Source of the DNA: Alphaproteobacteria bacterium
GTDB taxonomy: Bacteria; Pseudomonadota; Alphaproteobacteria; ATCC43930; CGMCC-115725
Length of the DNA: 39,594 nt
Reading direction: 5' to 3'
NCBI GenBank assembly: GCA_017353855.1
Contig: JAFMSA010000001.1
Coordinates: forward strand, 1 to 39,594
The notes under the pieces were generated by a model. The model saw nothing but the letters and a program-made list of their open reading frames with translations. It had not been told where the DNA came from and made no database searches. A program made the translations under genes and the position numbers. Positions 35,927-39,594 of this stretch are shown piece by piece (positions within the stretch are counted from its first letter, which is position 1; every line of letters starts with the position of its first letter).

Positions 35927-37735
35927 TCAGCCCCGCTCCAAACGATAGAGCGTCAGGACGAGCTTTTCGCCCCCCGCCGAATAGTCAAGGCCCCTCACGC
36001 TCTCGATCGCGCGCATCGTGAGGCCGTGGCTTGCCAATGATTGCCGAAACTCCGCACTGAAGCGGTCATTGACCAGTCCCATACCGGCGCCGGCAAGCTG
36101 ATCCGCAGAGGGTGCGGCCGTGACCAGGCGGGTTTTCGTCCCGAGCAAAAAAACGAGGCTCGGCTCGCTATAGCCGACCGACAACACGGCCTCGCCCGGC
36201 CCCGGACGGTGACGCATTAGCAACAACCGCGCCGATCGGCTTAGCCAAAGACCATCGAGGCCGGGAACGACCTCGAGCGCCGCGGGCAACACAATGCCCC
36301 CGGCAAGCAGCGCGGTCAGACCTGCAACCTTCATCGGCGGACCGCGATGCCGTAGGAGCAACACCGCCGCGCCGAGCGAAGCCAATGCCGCCGCCATGAC
36401 GTAGGCCGAAATCTCGCCGCCGAACCATCGAGGCAGGGCAATCAACGCGACGGCGAAAGCCAACGTAGCGCCTGCCCAGAGAAGTTTGACTGCGCCGTCA
36501 AAGAGCCGCGCCCATCCCGTGAAACCTCTCGCAATCCCTTCCGACAAGGCGCCGCCGGCAAGTAAGGCCAATGCCGGATAAAGCGGCAGGACATAGTGCG
36601 GCAGCTTGGTCGGCACGAACTCCAGCAGAAGCCAGCCGGGTACGAGCCAGGCGAGCAAAAAACGCGCGGCCAGCGCACGCCGCCAACGCCACCCCCACAG
36701 CAAGGCCGGGACAATAAAGAGTGAGCCCGGCCAGAAAGTCGCAAACACCAGGGCCGAGTAGTAACCCGGCGGTGCGCCGTGCGCTTCCTGAGCACCGACG
36801 AGCTTCGGCAAAAGGTCACGCGAGACGGAATCGGAGATAAACTGGCCGCCTGTGGCGCCTTCGATGGCGATGAACCAGGGAGCCACGACCAGCCCCGTCA
36901 GCAACAAGCCCGTGCGCGGGCGTAATCCGCAGACCCAGCGGACATCCCGGTCGGCGATTGAGAGCGCGACGACCGTCAGCAATGCCAGCACCGGACCGGG
37001 CGGCCCTTTCAATAGGATAGCCGCCGCTTCGGCCAGCCAAAAGACGAGCGGGACCGAGCGGGAAACCGAACGGCCGCTACGCGCCGCCGCATAGACGAGC
37101 CCGAGCGCGCCCTGCCCGGCGACCACTGCGGCCAGCAGCGCTGCGTCGGTCGTAGCAAGGTGAGCCTCAGTCACGACACCCAGCGCGCTCCCCGTCAGCA
37201 GGGCCGCAAGAAAACCGGCCGGACGCGAACCCAGCAGAGAGGCGCCGAATGCGAAAGTCAGCAGCACCGCTCCCGCCCCGGCCAATGCGGAAGGCAGCCG
37301 GTAAGGCCAAATGGCGGCACTCTCCGGCGAACTGAAGGATGCCACCGCCGCGGCTTGCAGCCAATAGATCCCAATCGGCTTCTTGTTGCGCGCCTCGTCC
37401 TGGAAACGGATGCGGATGAAATCGCCGGTCTCCAGCATCTGCCGCGTCGCCTGCGCAAAGCGCGCCTCGTCGCGGTCGAGCGGAGGGATCGCCGCGAGTC
37501 CCGGCGCGTAGAGTAAAAAGCACAGGATACCCAGCAGCACGTATGGCCGCACGCCGCTCAGCAAGCCCTCGAGCCGGCTTTTGCGACCGATCCGCCGTTG
37601 TGCGGGGCTGCCCGGTGACGCAAGGCCCGGAACTGCTAAAGACGGGCCCGGCTCGAGACTTGCTGATGCCGCGTTCCCGGCTCCCGCGCCGGCGGGCGGC
37701 GAGCCCGGACCTCCGCAATCACGGTCATTCGCCAT
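35927..37735 (-). CDS. glycosyltransferase family 39 (ArnT/PMT-like) polytopic membrane protein
   Basis: DRDEARFAQATRQMLETGDF..ARNKKPIGIYW motif plus many TM helices. The ATG at 37735 overlaps the cobL 3' end by 11 nt. The N-terminal ~50 aa are low complexity. Confidence 0.85.
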   Translation of the reverse strand: MANDRDCGGPGSPPAGAGAGNAASASLEPGPSLAVPGLASPGSPAQRRIGRKSRLEGLLSGVRPYVLLGILCFLLYAPGLAAIPPLDRDEARFAQATRQMLETGDFIRIRFQDEARNKKPIGIYWLQAAAVASFSSPESAAIWPYRLPSALAGAGAVLLTFAFGASLLGSRPAGFLAALLTGSALGVVTEAHLATTDAALLAAVVAGQGALGLVYAAARSGRSVSRSVPLVFWLAEAAAILLKGPPGPVLALLTVVALSIADRDVRWVCGLRPRTGLLLTGLVVAPWFIAIEGATGGQFISDSVSRDLLPKLVGAQEAHGAPPGYYSALVFATFWPGSLFIVPALLWGWRWRRALAARFLLAWLVPGWLLLEFVPTKLPHYVLPLYPALALLAGGALSEGIARGFTGWARLFDGAVKLLWAGATLAFAVALIALPRWFGGEISAYVMAAALASLGAAVLLLRHRGPPMKVAGLTALLAGGIVLPAALEVVPGLDGLWLSRSARLLLMRHRPGPGEAVLSVGYSEPSLVFLLGTKTRLVTAAPSADQLAGAGMGLVNDRFSAEFRQSLASHGLTMRAIESVRGLDYSAGGEKLVLTLYRLERG

Positions 37736-38942
37736 TACGCGACTTTACCGCGGCGAATTGCGTCACCGTAGCCAGCGATCGCCAGAGATGGTGCGGCCCA
37801 TGCCGTTGCGCGCGAGCAACGCAGAGCCGGGTCAATGCGCCGCCGTGTCGGGCGTGCCAGTCGAAGAGCCGCGCTTCACCCTCGGTTGTGACGACGTTGG
37901 CGACTAAGCGACCGCCCGGCAGGAGGCTCTGCCATGCCTCGGCCAGAAGGCTCGCCGCACCGATTCCGCCGCCAATGAAGATCGCGTCCGGTCGCGACAA
38001 ATCCCGCAGTGCTTCCGGTGCGGAACCCGGCATCACGCGCAATCCCGGCACACCGAGCGAGGCTGCGTTGCGTGCAATCATAGCCGCGCGCGCCGGCTCC
38101 CGCTCGATTGCGACTGCAGAGCGGCCCTCGCCGGCACGCAGCCATTCGATTGCGATGGAGCCGCAGCCGGCTCCGATATCCCACAGAGTTTCGCCGGGCA
38201 GCGGACCGAGTGCTGCGAGGGTTGCGGCGCGGACTTCACGCTTCGTCAGCTGACCGTCATGCTCGAAGACGTCATCGGGAAGGCCGGGGAGCAGCGGCAA
38301 TGCCCGCGCGCCGCTCTCGGGACGACAGTCGATCGCCATCGTGTTGAGATCCGGGACGCGACGCCCGCCCCACAACTGCGCCTTGTCCGTGATGCTCGCC
38401 TCACGGCTCCCGCTCATATGGGCAAGCACCGTCAGTTCGCTCGGGCCCCAGCCGAGCCCGGTCAGCAGCGCGGCAACGGCCCGCGGTGTTGTGCCGTCTT
38501 CGGAGAGCGCCAGGATCCGACGACCCGGGGCGAGGTGGAGCCGCAACGTGTCAAGCGGACGCCCGTGCAACGTGATCGTCGCGCACTCGGCGACCGGCCA
38601 GCCCAGCCGAGCAGCCGCGAGGCTGAAGGCGCTGAGCTGCGGCACGATCACGACCTCCTCGCGCGAAAAACGGCGGGACAGCGTGACGCCGATCCCGTAC
38701 CACATCGGGTCGCCGCTCGCCAGAACAGTGACCCGCCGCCCGCGGCGAGCGGCAATCGCGTCAATCGTTTGGCGCAACGGACGTTCCCAGACGATGCGTT
38801 CGGCGGCCGTGTCAGGCGCCATTCCGAGATGGCGAACCCCGCCGACCAGCACCTCTGCTGTCCCGACCAGGGCGCGTGCCGCCGGGGAGAGGCCGGCGAG
38901 CCCGTCCTCACCCACACCGATGACGGCGAGCCAGCGTTTCAC
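37725..38942 (-). CDS. cobL: precorrin-6Y C5,15-methyltransferase (decarboxylating), CbiE+CbiT fusion
   Basis: WLAVIGVGEDG..ASGDPMWYG (CbiE part) and LTKREVRA..LWDIGAGCGSIAIEW (CbiT part). I trimmed to the GTG at 38942, which overlaps the cobH stop (GTGA). Confidence 0.9.
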   Translation of the reverse strand: MKRWLAVIGVGEDGLAGLSPAARALVGTAEVLVGGVRHLGMAPDTAAERIVWERPLRQTIDAIAARRGRRVTVLASGDPMWYGIGVTLSRRFSREEVVIVPQLSAFSLAAARLGWPVAECATITLHGRPLDTLRLHLAPGRRILALSEDGTTPRAVAALLTGLGWGPSELTVLAHMSGSREASITDKAQLWGGRRVPDLNTMAIDCRPESGARALPLLPGLPDDVFEHDGQLTKREVRAATLAALGPLPGETLWDIGAGCGSIAIEWLRAGEGRSAVAIEREPARAAMIARNAASLGVPGLRVMPGSAPEALRDLSRPDAIFIGGGIGAASLLAEAWQSLLPGGRLVANVVTTEGEARLFDWHARHGGALTRLCVARAQRHGPHHLWRSLATVTQFAAVKSRNGE

Positions 38943-39594
38943 GCGATGTTCGCCAGCGCGTTGACCGCAGCAGCCGCGAGCGCGCTGCCGCCGCGACGGC
39001 CGTGCAGCGTTATGAAGTCGAGACCATCGCCGAACGCGGCGAGCGCGGCCTTGGCTTCGGCCGCGCCGACAAAACCCACCGGAAAACCGAGGACGAGAGC
39101 CGGTCTGGCGGCGTTGTCCGCGAGCAGCTCGAGCAGCCGGAAAAGCGCCGTCGGAGCATTGCCGATCGCGACGATCGCGCCGGCCAGATGGGGCTTCCAC
39201 AAATCGACCGCGGCGGCGGAGCGGGTTGTGCGCTGCGCGGCCGCGAGTGCTGCGGTTGCGGGATCGCGCAATGTGCAGATGACTGCGTTGCCTGCCGCAA
39301 GTGGCGCCCGTGCGATGCCTGCGGCAACCATCATGCAGTCGGCGAGCACTGGTGCGCCCATTGCAAGAGCCCTGCGTCCCGCGGCTACCGATCCACGCGA
39401 CCAGGCGAGATCGGCAAGGATCGAACCGTCGCCGCAGGCGTGCGCCAGGCGCATCGCCACCGGCCGGATCGACCGCGCAAGGCGCGCCAGATCTGCCTCC
39501 CGGCCGATCAGCGCAAATGAGCGTCGCGAAATCTCGGCCGGATCGCGCAGATAAACGTAGGGCGGGGCGCGGTTGCCCCCGCCCGCCCGCCCGC
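38939..39594 (-). CDS. cobH: precorrin-8X methylmutase (5' end undetermined; frame open to window edge)
   Basis: HACGD, ICTLRDP, AIGNAPTALF and GFPVGFVGAAE. CobH homology (PYVYLRDPAEISRRSFALIGREADL) continues upstream of the first canonical start (GTG 39460) to about 39562. Confidence 0.88.
   Translation of the reverse strand, partial: GRAGGGNRAPPYVYLRDPAEISRRSFALIGREADLARLARSIRPVAMRLAHACGDGSILADLAWSRGSVAAGRRALAMGAPVLADCMMVAAGIARAPLAAGNAVICTLRDPATAALAAAQRTTRSAAAVDLWKPHLAGAIVAIGNAPTALFRLLELLADNAARPALVLGFPVGFVGAAEAKAALAAFGDGLDFITLHGRRGGSALAAAAVNALANIA

Noticed and set aside
38259-39554. 431-aa plus-strand ORF
   Set aside because: It lies antisense to cobL/cobH, which have strong homology, and has shadow-ORF composition.
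1-39594. Scan for CRISPR arrays, rRNA/tRNA genes, retron/DGR reverse transcriptases, toxin-antitoxin pairs or known defence genes
   Set aside because: I saw no regularly spaced repeats, RNA gene signatures, RT or nuclease domains. Apart from 10.7-12.6 kb and the small insert at 21.7 kb, the window is core metabolic chromosome.

Overview
High-GC chromosomal segment with alphaproteobacterial (Rhizobiales-like) gene content, mostly housekeeping and metabolic operons. No rRNA, tRNA or CRISPR array was found. Minus strand: a complete urease cluster (ggt-ureD ... ureABC-ureEFG, ureG cut by the window edge); a BKACE/CoA-transferase operon; phaZ; a patatin-like gene; two c-type cytochromes; a GST; an Mce/Mla-type ABC transporter operon; a SAM methyltransferase; ald; an FAD oxidoreductase; and a cobalamin operon fragment (cobH-cobL-GT39-cobI). 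Plus strand: an MBL-fold hydrolase, an orphan EmrB-type MFS pump, a five-gene Liv-type ABC transporter, apt and a small secreted protein. 10.7-12.6 kb is a decayed accessory patch holding an IS5-like transposase remnant and a gutted RND pump. The most interesting signal is an unclassified ~225-nt element present twice in the same orientation: 4149-4377 between ureD and ureA, and 23045-23281 between a cytochrome c gene and the patatin-like gene. About two-thirds of aligned positions are identical and no reading frame is conserved. In the minus sense it forms aligned hairpins capped by GNRA/UUCG tetraloops, with structure-preserving differences between the copies. This suggests a structured cis-acting or non-coding RNA that I could not match to any family from memory. 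Other notable points: the patatin-like ORF has lost both catalytic dyad residues; an AT-rich 147-bp insert with perfect 17-bp inverted ends lies next to it; a GT39 membrane glycosyltransferase is translationally embedded in the cob operon; cobH has no canonical start and a G-quadruplex-type tract at its 5' side; and a diheme cytochrome c has its signal peptide coded upstream of any usable start codon. The ORF track uses ATG/GTG/TTG starts and longest ORFs, so I trimmed several N-termini.
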